Source: the human T2T-CHM13v2.0 reference genome, Homo sapiens. From it: a DNA stretch of 64,000 bases. Shown piece after piece: positions 21,512 through 39,478 of this stretch. Each line of letters begins with the position of its first letter. Position 1 is the stretch's first letter. The DNA lies in NCBI RefSeq assembly GCF_009914755.1, contig NC_060941.1, one strand, 5' to 3'. Below the pieces are notes generated by a model. The model saw only the letters and a program-made list of their open reading frames with translations. It did not search any database and was not told where the DNA came from. The translations under genes and the position numbers were made by a program.

Positions 21512-22054
21512 TGATATCTGAAGTCCTTAGATAACTTTGCTAATTCCCTGTTTCAGGGCTGTTAATGCATTTAAAAATCTGCATCCAGCAATTCTGAATC
21601 TTGAAATTCTCTACTCTTCACAGCTTGCTGATGTGTTTACATTATTTAACCAGTGATGATTATTGCTGTCAGCCTATCCTTGATTTGATACGTGATGGGT
21701 ATTCTCCTAAAGAATTAAAATTTATCAGAAAAATCAGTGTTATGAGATCATCTCAATGTAAAACAAAACCTGAGGGAGAGGTTAAAGTTTTCTGTCAGAA
21801 AAATAGCCTTCATTAATGAAGATAATGATTTTATTTATAAATTTATGGTAAAATGCAGTTCAGTATTTATTTTTTAAAATTAATTCCAGATGTGATAGTA
21901 TAAATGTTTCTTTAAATGAAGACTAATTCATATGGCAGCCTCTGATGTTCTTGATCATTTAAAAGTACTAGCTGAGCCTGGAGTTTTAACGCATTTCTTT
22001 GTGATCTTTATGGTTTTGGTCTTTATTATTAATATGTTAAAAATTACAAGGTAC

Positions 22055-23646
<1,592 letters not shown>

Positions 23647-23692
23647 CTAACTTCTTGTGTGGGAAACTTAATTTTTATTATGTTTTCTGTAG

Positions 23693-23863
<171 letters not shown>

Positions 23864-24068
23864 TGATATCTTAAATAATCTGAATTATTCTGGGCTTTAA
23901 AATAACTTCTTTATAAAGATAGTTTTCCTTTAGCTTTTGTTGTTGTTATAGTGATGTGAAAGTTATTTCTCTAGAATGCAGATTCTATAAAGAATCTGTA
24001 GAGCCAGTCGGTGTTTGAGGGGGAGATGCTGCTAGCTCACTGTATCTTTAAAAATTGTGTAATATCTC

Positions 24069-26062
<1,994 letters not shown>

Positions 26063-26100
26063 CTCTTTTTAAAACAAAACAAAATTTTGCAGTGCTGTGC

Positions 26101-26266
26101 TATAACTGCACTATCCAGCGTGGTAGCTACTAGCCACATGCAGCTATTATACTCTTGAAATGTGGCTAGTGAGACTGAAGAACTGAATTGTTGGTTGTAT
26201 GTAATCTTAATATTATATATTAAAGTAGGCGTACATGGACAGTAGCTACCATGTTCAACTGTGCAG
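26101..26266 (+). mobile_element. MER3-like hAT DNA transposon relic
   Basis: GGTAGCTACTAGCCACATG...TTGAAATGTGGCTAGT...GAACTGAATT motifs and inverted ends. Confidence 0.7.
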
Positions 26267-26510
26267 TTCTAAGCCTTTTTCTTTAATGTGTAGATGAATG
26301 TGCTATTTTTTATAAAAATGGTATCATGCCCCTTAAGGTAGCTTTGTAGCAAACCTTTAATTTAGAAAGTATGTGATCCTTGCTTATGTTGTTAGATGCT
26401 CTTCTACACTGATCTACAGACAATGCTTTGTGAACATCTTTGCTAACTAAATCTCTGGGCATGTCCTTAAAGATAAATTGCAAGAACAGAACTGCTGCGA
26501 CAGGGGAAAT

Positions 26511-26816
26511 ATGGATGGATAGATGGATGGATGATTAAATGGATGGATGATTGGATGGATGGATGGATGGATGATTGGATGGATGGATAGATGGATGATT
26601 GGATGGTTGGATGGATAGATGGATGATTGGATGGATGGATGGATGATTGGATGGATGGATGGATGGATGATTGGATGGATGGATGGATGGATGGATGATT
26701 AGATGGATGATTAGATGGATGATTGGATGGATAGATAGATGGGTGGGTGGGTGGATGGATGGATGATTGGATGGATGGATGGATGGATGGATGGATGGAT
26801 GGATGGATGGATGGAT
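26511..26816. repeat. Compound (GGAT)n tetranucleotide repeat, ~300 bp
   Basis: GGAT units with GATT/AGAT/GGGT interruptions. Confidence 0.97.
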
Positions 26817-27248
26817 ATATAGATATATAGTGAATGCCTGTATATCCTTCACTTAGTTACCATTTGTTGGTTTTCCTTCATGTATGTGTGTATATTTTGC
26901 TGAAATCATTTGAGCGTTCTTTGCAGACATCGTAACACTTTACCCCCAAGTATTTTAGCATGAACCACCTAAGAACAAGGATAGTATATAAATAACCAAA
27001 ATAAAATTATTCACACTCAAGAAATTTACCATTGATAGACTACATATTGAGATTTGTTCTTGTTATTTCCATAATGCCCTGCGGGACTTCTTTTTAACCC
27101 TCATCCAGGACCCAGTCAGGGATCGTACGTTATATTCACTCCTCATGTCTTATGAGTTTTCAGTTTCCTTTAATCTAGAATCCCCTAGACTTTTATTTTC
27201 TTCTGGTCTTTTGATGTTTTTGGTATGTATAGTTTTATCGTATTATGA

Positions 27249-27488
<240 letters not shown>

Positions 27489-28096
27489 TGAACATTAGAT
27501 TTTGGAGTGCCAGACAAACTGTGTTTTACATAATCGTGTGGACTTTGCCAGGTAAGAAATGACTGTGCTTTCAGGGCAGAATAGAGAAGACATGAAAATC
27601 TTGTGGATTCCTACCATTTGTTTTAAATTCTCCTTTCCCGTTAACTCTTTCCATCGTTAGCCTTATAATAAAAACATTACTTTCTCCACTGCACAACATT
27701 GGTTTTGGAAACCACAATTTGTGAAGAGGTTACTTACCACTCTGATGGGTAATTTTTCTCCCCTATTAGTTTGTTTCTCAAACAAAATCTTCCTCAACCT
27801 TTCCCACTGGCAGGTGTATACTATCATATACTAGAAACTCAGAAAATTGTATTTGATTTGAGTAAACATCCTCACTATCATCTGGACTTGAATCTGGAAT
27901 TTAAGAGAGTGAATACAGTCAAGTATAATAAATGCACTAAAGTATAATGGACCAAAGCCTGGGTAAGGTGGGCTAATACCTGCCTCACAGGATTGGTTCA
28001 AGGATTAGGCACAAATACGGAGCATTTATGCCATGCCTGGAACATCGTGTTCAGTAAATGGATATGGCGAGACTGTGTATTGTTAGATTTGAGCCC

Positions 28097-28398
28097 TGCT
28101 GTGCCTTAGTCCCAGCTACTCAGGAGGCTGAGGCTGGAGGATTGCTTGAGCCCAGGAGTTCTGGGTTACAGTGTGCTGTGCTGATGGGATGTTTGCACTA
28201 AGTGCAGCATCAATATGGTGACCTCCTGGGAACAGGAGACTCCCAGGTTGCCTAAGGAGGGGTGACCTGGCCCAGGTCAGAAACAGAGCAGGTCAAAACT
28301 CCCTTGCTGATCAGTAGTGGGATCGCACCTTTGAACAGCCACTGCACTCCAGCCTGGGCAACATAGTGAGACCCTGCCTTTGAAAAAAGAAGAAAAAG
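28097..28398 (+). pseudogene. 7SL (SRP RNA) processed pseudogene, RN7SL family
   Basis: Alu-like ends enclosing the 7SL S-domain (GCACTAAG..GCATCAATATGGTGACCTCC..GGTTGCCTAAGGAGGGGTGA..GAGCAGGTCAAAACTCCC); A-tail; TSD GATTTGAGCCC at 28086-28096 and 28399-28409. Confidence 0.93.
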
Positions 28399-28632
28399 GA
28401 TTTGAGCCCCATTTGGGATGGGCCAAAGAGGAACAGGCGTTTTTATTGAGATGTTAATACAGGATTTGATCATTGAGTCTCAACTTCCCTAACTGAATTG
28501 GCAAACTAGATACCTTCTTGGGTTATGGTATATTAGAGAAACACGAAAACTACTGGCATTTGGACTTTCTTAGAATTTTGTGGCTCATTAAAAATTGTAT
28601 CTGGCTCAGTGTGATGGAGGGTTGGGACCGGG

Positions 28633-28830
28633 CAGGGTCTTGCTCTGTCACCCAGGCTGGAGTGCAGTGGTGCAGTCATGGCTCGCTGCAGCCTCGACTT
28701 CCCAGCTCAAACAGTTCTGCATCAGTCTCCCGAGTAGCTGGGACTACAGGCACACACTACCATGCCCGGCTAATTTTTTTTTTAATTTTGTATTTTGTAG
28801 AGAGGGGGTCTCACTATGTTTGTTGTCCAG
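28633..28830 (-). mobile_element. Partial AluJ-like element just upstream of the exon 11 acceptor
   Basis: Alu consensus. Confidence 0.8.
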
Positions 28831-28873
28831 GCTTACGTGTGAGTTTTAAATAAACCATTTCTTTTTCTTTCAG

Positions 28874-28947
28874 ATTTCCACAAGACGGCACCCTATGTCG
28901 TCACTGGCAGCGTAGATCAAACAGTAAAAGTGTGGGAGTGCCGTTGA
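28874..28947 (+). CDS. PAFAH1B1: LIS1 exon 11 coding part ([24 protein letters not shown])
   Basis: tttcag acceptor; TGA 28945-28947; known LIS1 C-terminus. Confidence 0.98.
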
Positions 28948-31900
28948 TTGTGTCTCCTTCGGCCCCTCCTCCCTCTTTTCCTCTGGATGCACTCTGATGA
29001 TACCATGGTTACCCCATTGAGCTCTGTTTAAATAAATATTGTCCTTTCATGTAAATTATTCTGGATGTAGATTGAGCTTATTAAATGTTACACACAAAGT
29101 ATTCATGCATGGTGAATCCAAATTGTATACTGTAAATTTACATACGTTGTCTAGAAGTACCATAGGGTTTAAAAACCTGGGCTGGCATTGGTCACACCAG
29201 GCCTAAGAAGGCAGAAGTTGAATCAATTGAACTAGGGCACTAAACTGAATAGTTGACAGTGTCATTTTATGTTGGATTATTAATTCCTGTTTTTCTTTCT
29301 GCTATCTGTTGGTGCCTGACTTGATGGCCTCATTTGGGGAAAAGTGGTGGTTATTAGGGCTTTTTCTGAAATGTGTATCTATGTAACATCACTTAAGTGT
29401 GCTTAATAAATCTTCTGTAAGGATTTTAGATGATAAGGCTACAATTCAGAATCTTCTGAACCATCTATGTAATGAATGGGGATTATACATTGGAATTTTT
29501 GTCATGACACATTTGCCAAATCAGTAGGATATATTTGTTTTGGCAGCCTATCACGCAGAGGCTAGTGGTATATTTATGTAAGAAAATGACTGTAAATCTC
29601 AAGAAAAATCTCAGCAGCTAATAGCAACTCATTTATTTCATTTTGGTCTTAATGCTTTGTAAACAGGTCAAAAAATACTGTCATACTCTAAGCTTCTATT
29701 TTCCACACTGGACATACTTCTAGTTGTATTCTCCATACTATTAGACTGTGTAGTGATGTGACTTCCAAGTAGAATTTAATCTCCCCATTGAGTGTGTCAT
29801 GGTACAAATCACTATTCGTTTTTGGTGTTTTTTAGGGATGTGCAATGTGCATTACATAATGACAGAAATACTGAGAAGGTTCTGTGTGCCCATTTGAAAG
29901 GAGTGGGAGGAATACAGCAGTTTGTTTTTCAACATGAATCTGATATTGATTTAAACTGTGTTTCACTTACAAGTTTTAAAAAAATGACAGGGTTTAATGG
30001 AGCGTGCATAAAAATGTACTGTTTTCACCTTTTGTTTATATGTAAATGTTTGTAAGTATATGGGCCTATCTGTAAGTGGGTAAGTCTGTATGTGTGTATC
30101 ATACACATCAACCTCCATGTCCTTAGTCCTGGGTTTTTGAAAAAGTGCTAAAACGGACAAGTAGAATAAATGTTGCTGTGGAATGCCATGCTTTAGAACA
30201 AACCCTTTTTGATCTTAATGCTTCTGAAAACTAGGTCTGACTCTGGGGATTTTTTTCCAGCCGAAGGAAAATCACTTCCGTTATGTCCCCCTCTAATTTA
30301 GCCGCTCGACATTTTACACAACCCGGATATGTTGTATATTTTGACCCAAAGTTACAGGTAGGTTTAAGAGAATTTTTAGCCATGACTTTTGGAGCACTAT
30401 TCCATTGTCAGTTATTAATAAAGAATTCCATTGCTTAGCTAACCAACAGGTTTTTTTTGTTTCCAAGAGAGTTATTTGAAAAGTTAACAGAACAATGAGA
30501 TAACAGTGACAGTTTAACAAAGATAAAATTCTGAACTGCGTTTTATTCATTTGTGTACTATGTGATTTTTTAAATGTCCCCTTTAGTATTTAATGGAAAA
30601 TTGGTTCCTGCAAAAGACAAAGGGTGAGAGTTAGCGTCCTGTAGATACACACAGAGACTAGGCCGTATATTAACTAGAAGCAGCTTTATGTCTAGCTTGT
30701 GTCTTTTTGTTTGTTTGCTTGTTTGTTTTTAGATTCCTGAGAGATGTCTCTGGAAGGGAAAGTTTTGAGAACTAATGGCTATTTTTGAGGACAAAAATTA
30801 CATCTTAAGCTAATTCCTTAAATACATACAGTAGGTGAATTTTCAGGACAATATTGCCTCACAACCCTGCTTACATTGAAAAGTCTTTTTCCCTTAGCTC
30901 TTCTGACTGGATTTTTCTACAAAAACTATGGAAAATATCTTTGTTCTTGTTTGCTGCTATTTTCTGTCCTATTTTGAGAAATATAAATACATAGAAATGG
31001 TGCATCTTAACATTTGTTTGTACATGTATAAATGTCTTGTATTTTAATTCATTTTTAGCATGAATTGTTTAAGGGTAAGCCACAACATCTAGAAATCACT
31101 CATAGATATTGAACAATAAAGGAGAATGGTACCGATGCAGGAGGAAGCAAGCGTGTCTTCCCCTGCAGCACACAGCGACTTGCGTTGACAAAGGAGGAGG
31201 AAACGATTACTCTGTAAACAAAGTTATCCTTACTTGGGAGATTGCCACAGCCTGCTGCTGAGTTGAGTTACCAGACATCCTCCATGTGAGAAGCAGCGAA
31301 CATTGAATCTCAGGGATGGCCCACAACTGGGTCCACATGTAATGAGCCCTGTTTAATAACGAAGGGGTGGGGGAGAGCAGTCCGTCTACAACCTGGAATC
31401 AGATTTGCAAAATTTCCTGCACTGCTGTCTGACACTGTCCTGTTGATGCCCTTTCTGACTGTGTTCTCTGTTTTCTCTGTCTGCTGTCTAACCCTGTGCC
31501 TTGCCTGGGATAAGGACAATGATGAGGTTACTGGTTTGGATTGTAAGTAGAGGACTTTTATTAATTGGTTTAGAGGTTCACTGCTGCTTTGTCACTTTCT
31601 CAATCAAATTGGCCACTTAAGAAATAAAGAGCTGGTAGAATTGCATCCTCAGATGATTATTGACTGTGTGTGTGTGTGAAAACAGACATTCCAGTGCCAC
31701 CCAAATATATATCTGTAACGTGCCCAAGAAATCCTAGCTGCGCTCTTGAGAGTGCATGCCATGGAGACTGGTTTAGACACCGCGTGGAGCCTAGTTGCCT
31801 GTTGTCACGGCATCTTGCACTTTAGGAGACTAAGACCGTCCTGGTTCGTCTGTGTGTGGTGTGACCAATGGTGTGCCCAGAGCACTACTCTCAAAATCAC

Positions 31901-32760
31901 TAGTGTTAGCAAGTCGTCCCGGGCTGGGGAGCGTTCGCCGTAGTCTTTGGAAGCTTTGGCTTTAGATTTACCAAGCCCCGCCTCCCCGCTGCCAGTGCCC
32001 TGCTCTCCCGTTCGCCTCTTTCTGTTTCTGTGTGAACTTTCCCGGTAATATCACTCGTTAAATAGGTTTTCTTTAAACTTAATTAAAGAAAAACTATTTA
32101 AAGGTAAAGGATATTTTGTTGACATCGGTGGCTCGATCATCCTTAAGCAACTGAAGTTAAAATTGTTGAAGGAAAAGGCACTTAAATTGGTTACTTTCAT
32201 GTCCAGCTGTATATAAGTCCAGTGTGTTCATCTAGATGACGCAAAGAATCTCCTGGTAGAGAAGCGACATGTAAAAAACTGGTGGAAAAAGGTTTTGGAT
32301 TTTTTTTCCAGTGGGGTGGGGGGAGGGCAAGCTGGATTTACAGGTCACGGCTGGACTGAATGGGCCTTTTTATCTTCCCACTGTATCATGGAAGTAGCTG
32401 CTTGCTTGTACTGTCCATCCTTCAGGCATCCCTAAAGCTCACTCTGAAGATGTTAGAGACAAACACAAACTCTTCGAGTTAAAGTTGATCCTGACACTGA
32501 CATGAAGGCAAGCCTTGATTTCGTATGAACGTTGCTGAAGTGGTAATTGAGGAAAACAGTTCCCCAGATTGTTAAGAGTTCACTGAAGATATTGACACAA
32601 TTTTAAAAAATCAGTAAAGGAATGTATATAATATTGCTCTCGTGTTTTACAGTAAGATTTGTTGCTCTCAGACTGTGTAAAACAAAATTTATTCATGTTT
32701 TCTGCATATTAAAAAATCTTATTGTACCAACTGGTAAACTATTAAATGCCTATAAAACTA
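28948..32760 (+). other. PAFAH1B1: PAFAH1B1 long 3' UTR
   Basis: Unique AT-rich sequence with several AATAAA and a distal ATTAAA followed by a U/GU-rich element. Confidence 0.85.
32741..32746 (+). terminator. PAFAH1B1: Distal polyadenylation signal ATTAAA
   Basis: ATTAAA followed ~20 nt later by GATGTGA, a T-run and GTCTT. Confidence 0.75.
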
Positions 32761-33130
32761 GATGTGATTTTTTTTTTTTTTGTCTTCCTTTGCACAGGGG
32801 AAATGCTGATAGAAAGTGGGGCTGTGTGTAGCTCCAGTCACAAAGAGTGACACGAATCGGTGTCAGGGCAGTAAGGCCTCATGAGCTGCTTTCCTTCAGG
32901 GCAGCACCCGAACTGGCTTTGCTGTCCCCCTTCCCCCGGGTGGAGGAGGGAGTGCCTCAGCCTGAGCCTTGCCATGGCATGCGTCTGCGGCACAGGCCCG
33001 CTCTCCCCAACCCTCCCAGCAGCCCGTTCTGACTGTGGCTATCGCTGTGGCCAGAGAGCCAAAGCCAGGATGGCTGGTTACAGGCCCAAGACTAGACTCT
33101 TGGGGACAGAGTCTAGAGATAAGGGGCCCT

Positions 33131-33266
33131 GCCGGGCGCGGTGGCTCACGCCTGTAATCCCAGCTCTTGGGGAGGCAGAGACGGGAGGATAGCTTGAGCC
33201 CAGGAGTTCGGGACCTCCCTGGGCAATATAGCGAGACCCCGTTCTCCACAAAAAGGAAAAAAAAAA
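33131..33266 (+). pseudogene. BC200 (BCYRN1) RNA retrocopy
   Basis: Monomeric Alu with BC200-diagnostic CCCAGCTCT, GGATAGCTTGAG, GGCAATATAGCGAGACCCCGTTCTCC and A5-GG-A10 tail; imperfect TSD AGAT(AA)GGGGCCCT. Confidence 0.85.
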
Positions 33267-33449
33267 GATGGGGCCCTACCCCCTTTGTTCTGTTAGCCTC
33301 TAATCTTGCTCAGTGGTCTTGGAATCATAAAAGTAAATCCTTAATACTGTTTTCGATTTTGGTTGAAACATACAAAATAAGAGTGTTCATCTTTGTCCCA
33401 GAAACCCCAGCTCTGCACTTTACACATGGCTGTATCTGTGGTGTATTCA

Positions 33450-35384
<1,935 letters not shown>

Positions 35385-36519
35385 ACTTTTTAAAAAGTTG
35401 AAACCTGTCACCTAAAAGAAGGGAAGGAGAAAGAGTGGATTTCACACCTAGGGCCTCCATTTGCTTTATGAAAACAGCCCCTTGTCATTTGGGTCGTCAA
35501 AAGATGTCTGAGGGCACTAATACGCTTAAAGGATCAGCCAGGAAATAGGGGCCTCTCAGGTGACAAGGAGGCACAACCCTAACCAACCCCGATCTGTTCT
35601 CAGCTTCACAGGAGGCCCTGTTTTGAGAGGTGCATGAACATGTGGCTCACGTTCAACAACAAACACTCAGGAGAGGGGACAGAATGTTCAGGACACACCG
35701 GTGAGAGCAAAGGAAGCTGCTGCTGGGCTGGGGCTGCTGGGAAGTCTGAGAGGTTCTGTAGCAGGACACTCACTCCCTGGTGGCTGTCCCCGGGTGTCAC
35801 CTAAAACCGCCAGGTCAGAAGCACCTTTTCTCCGGTTGGCTCAGGAAAACTGACAGACTCAGGGATGGAATTTTTTTCTTTTCAGAATTTCCAAGACGTA
35901 CAGATCTCTCCAAGCATCCCAAAAGGCGTATGTTCCTGGTGGGGCCGAGGGCCTGCTCTTGGAGACAGATGGCGAGCAGCGGTCAGCAGCTACTGAGAGC
36001 TCAACTTCCCCTCTAGAGACAGGCTCTGCCGCTCAAGTCCACCTGGGTCTTGGCTCTCTGAATCCTGTCCGAGGGTGGCGAACTTGAGGCCCTCCTCCCT
36101 GCCCCCAGTGTCTCACCTCTGGGCAGTGCTGCCCACCCTCCTTCCTACCTCGAGTGAAGAGACAGGGGCAGGTGGCCAGCCAGGGGGGTGTTCAGTGACC
36201 TCACGGGTCCAGCATGCACAGGGCCTGGCCCCACAGCCCAGCACCCCTCCCCACCTGGCCTTCACAGTTTCTTCTGCACCTGGTGACAGGTGACATTCAC
36301 CTGCACGACACTCCCGCGAACCTGGTGACGGACTGGCAGCTCGGTGAATTCCAGCTGAGTGCCTGTGATTCCACCCCCTTACCTCCCACTCAAGTGACAA
36401 TGTAAGCGTGACCTCGAACTTGACCTCGTTTGTATCTATTCCTCTCCCAGTCACATTCCTGTCAGCCCTCACCATCCACCCAGACCGGGTTACAGAACAC
36501 ACAGGTGAGCCTGGGGCCG

Positions 36520-37723
36520 CAGGTTTCAAAAACTCACTTTATTCCAATGTGAAATGAGGACGTGATGGTTTAAAAACAAGAAAAAGTTCTTGCTCAGCGG
36601 TGGGGATGCTCTGCTTGCCCGCTCACGCCCATCCCCCTTGAAACAAGGTGTCTGGACGGACCACACCCATAAGCGGCTCTCCGCAAACCCAGGCAGACGC
36701 CCGTCTCCTCCGGGTCTCAGGGTGGCCACATCCTCCCCCACCAGGGCTCTGACAGCAGGCACAGAGCAGCAGCACGGGCAGGGTGGAGCGGGAGCAGCGT
36801 GTGGGGGCCCCCGCCACCCCCAGAGCTAGTCTCAGACCAGGAAGGGAGCTGGGCACCAGAGAAGCGACATCACGTCGGCACCTGTAACTCCCGGGATCCG
36901 TAATTGGGCCCCGCTTCCCCCAGCCTCGCCCCCGGCCCACTGTGCGTTCGGCAGCTCAGGTTAAAACTGAGGGGAGGGATACATTCAGACCGCAGGCCCC
37001 AAGGCTGCGCCCAGCTGGGTGCAGGGAGTAGGGAGCCGAGTCAGAGCCACCCACTGGGCTCTGAGGGCCCAGCAAGCCAACCCCGACCCCTCCGTTCGGG
37101 AGCAGCAGCCAGACCACGCCAGTCACAACGGCGGCTCCCGTCCCGCCCCAAACTAAAGTGCACCCCAGCCCTCCAGCCCCGCCACAGAGCTCCGGCTCCC
37201 CACCCCTCCCCACCGGGTTTTTCGGCCTAAACCCTGAACTTTCAGACAGGCTGGGCCCGGGGGTGGTGGCAGCCAAAGCAGCAGCCATCATGTCGACCAT
37301 ACAAATGACCTGAGAAATCCCGTCTGCGCGTCACCCACTCAGGAGTCACCCACTCAGGACTGGCTCGGGCTATGTACAGGGGAGAGGAACGGTCAACACT
37401 CACAGCCAGGGGCGCACTCGCACACGCCGGCCGGAGGGCGGGGGCCGAAGCAACACCTGCCCCCCAGCCGGGAACTGATGGCCGCACACGCCATTCACGT
37501 GTCTCCAATGGGGCCTCTGCATCATCTATTCATTGAACCAGCGCAAAAACACCTTCTGCGGGGCAGGCAGGCCAGGCTCCCAGGAGGACACGGGGGTGGG
37601 GTGGGGTGAGACGTGGAGGAAGAGGGCCTTGCTTCCTCTTCCGCCCGCAGGCTCGCCCCCTTCTCCCGCAGTCGGGCTCCCTGGTGACGGGGCCGCTGGC
37701 TGGCTGTCCGTCTGGCTCCCTCT
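36520..37723 (-). other. CLUH: CLUH 3' UTR
   Basis: Between the stop codon and the AATAAA region. Confidence 0.8.
36538..36543 (-). terminator. CLUH: CLUH polyadenylation signal AATAAA
   Basis: TTTATT on + strand ~1.2 kb beyond the stop, with TG-rich sequence downstream on -. Confidence 0.85.
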
Positions 37724-37907
37724 CTATCCCTGCACGCTCGGAGAAGGGTCCTTGGCAGCCGGGGGCTGGGAGCCCAGGTCTCCTGGGGCCCCCGCTGGCG
37801 CGGGCTCGGTAGCCATGGGCTCCTCGGCTCTATCCCTGTTTCTGCTGGCCTCCTGGAGCTGGTGCCGCCGCGCCACCTCGGCTTTCAGATTCTCCAGGTC
37901 TTTTTGG
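37724..37907 (-). CDS. CLUH: CLUH exon 26 ([18 protein letters not shown]...DPSPSVQG*)
   Basis: cctcag acceptor; TAG 37724-37726; phase fits. Confidence 0.95.
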
Positions 37908-38410
37908 CTGAGGATAAGGGTGGGGATGGAGGTGGCTCTCAGAGGAGTCCTGGGGGCTCCACCCGCCTCCCGGCTTTCCTGTGGGATAAGCTCAGGCTCT
38001 GCGCTCTATTCAGTGGGGAATGTGTGTGAACAAGCGCTTCCCTCCTGAAGGCGAAAGGTCCCTGAACACGGAGAAGGTAAGGACCCCGCACCTGACCCGG
38101 CCTCGGGGCTCCCCTCGCTGCCCTCGGTGGCCTCCCTCCAGCGCAGGGGGAGGAAAGCGGAGTTGGGGGGCTGCTGCCACGCCTTGCTGACCAAATCCAC
38201 TCCCCACAGGAGGCCACACTGCTTGTGGCCACCCCGGGGAGCCCGGGGCCTGCTCCTCAGGCCCCCCCGCCGCAGGATGGGAAGCGTGGGGAGGGAATGA
38301 AGCCGCTTCTTAGGGACTGGTGGGAAAACGCCAAGATACTTTGTGTGAAGCAGAAACACCAAGGTCTTCACTCGCGGAATGCGAGGATGCTGGGGAAGAT
38401 AAGCGGGGCG

Positions 38411-38697
38411 GGCCGGGCGCGATGGCTCACGCCTGGAATCCCAGCACTCTGAGAGGCCGAGGCGGGCGGATCGCAAGGTTAAGAGTTCGAGACCAGCCTG
38501 GTCAACGTGGTGAAACCCCATCTCTACTACAAACACAAAAATGAGCCGGGCGAGGTGGCGGACACCTGTAATCCCAGCTACTGGGGAGGCTGAGGCAGGA
38601 GAATCGCTGAACCCGGGAGGCGGAGGCTGCAGTGAGCCGGGATGGCGCCGCCGCACTCCAGCCCGGGTGACAGGGCGAGACTCCGACTCACAAAAAA
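38411..38697 (+). mobile_element. CpG-rich Alu in the last CLUH intron
   Basis: Alu consensus. Confidence 0.9.
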
Positions 38698-38737
38698 CCC
38701 CCAACCGGGAGACACTCGAGTGGGGCGGAGGCCTCAC

Positions 38738-38811
38738 CTGAGAGGAATGAAGAGGATGCCGTTAATGACGTTCAGCTGCTCCAAGACGCTGGCCATGCTG
38801 GGGGCCGTGAA
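38738..38811 (-). CDS. CLUH: CLUH exon 25 ([25 protein letters not shown])
   Basis: cag / gtgagg, 74 bp. Confidence 0.95.
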
Positions 38812-38889
38812 CTGCGGGGCGGGGAAACCAGCGGTGAGCGGGGCTCCCGCGCTCGCCGGGCCGGAGGGGCCGCTCCGCCCCGGACTCAC

Positions 38890-39024
38890 CTTGAGGGGCG
38901 GGATGTTGGCGCTGGAGCCGTTGCGGTAGATCTCGTTCATGGTGCGCTGCAGGGCCACGGCCTGCTGGGTCAGGCACTTGAGGTACTCGGAGCTTTCCTT
39001 GGTCTTCTCATGGTCCTCGCCCAG
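38890..39024 (-). CDS. CLUH: CLUH exon 24 ([45 protein letters not shown])
   Basis: cag / gtgagt, 135 bp. Confidence 0.96.
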
Positions 39025-39059
39025 CTGCGGGGAGGCGGGAAGGGATCAGGCCCCCCGTG

Positions 39060-39116
39060 CCCCCGCGGCCCCGCCCCCGCCCCGCCCCGCCCCCGCCCCC
39101 GCCCCCGCCCCCGCCG
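39060..39116. repeat. (CCCCG/CCCCCG)n GC-only repeat in CLUH intron 23
   Basis: Direct reading. Confidence 0.9.
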
Positions 39117-39121
39117 CGCAC

Positions 39122-39215
39122 CTGCGTCTTGTAGATGGTGTAACCCTCCTTCTCGTGCTGCAGGGCCGACCGGAACTCAGCTTTGCTCTCGTAGACTCGG
39201 GCGACAAGGTGGTGG
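39122..39215 (-). CDS. CLUH: CLUH exon 23 ([31 protein letters not shown]; TPR)
   Basis: cag / gtgcgc, 94 bp. Confidence 0.96.
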
Positions 39216-39478
39216 CTGCCGGGAGGCGCGGCGCGGGGCGAGGGAAGGGCATAAGTGGGCTGGGTGTGGGGGCCTGACTCGGGGGCCCGGGGTCTCCCGT
39301 AGATCCCTCCCTGGAAGCCACCGAGGGGAACAGCAAGTCCAGGGCTCAGGGAAGAGGGTGAGGTCGAGAGAAATTTTCTCGGGTGGAGGAAGACAGGAGC
39401 ACTGGGTCTCTTCCCCGCCCCCGCCGGCTGCCCCGCAGGCCTCCGCCGGCCTTGGCGTTTGGACGGGCGGCCCCTCAC

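Noticed and set aside
26535-26852. 105-aa HPSI-repeat ORF
   Set aside because: Translation of the (GGAT)n microsatellite.
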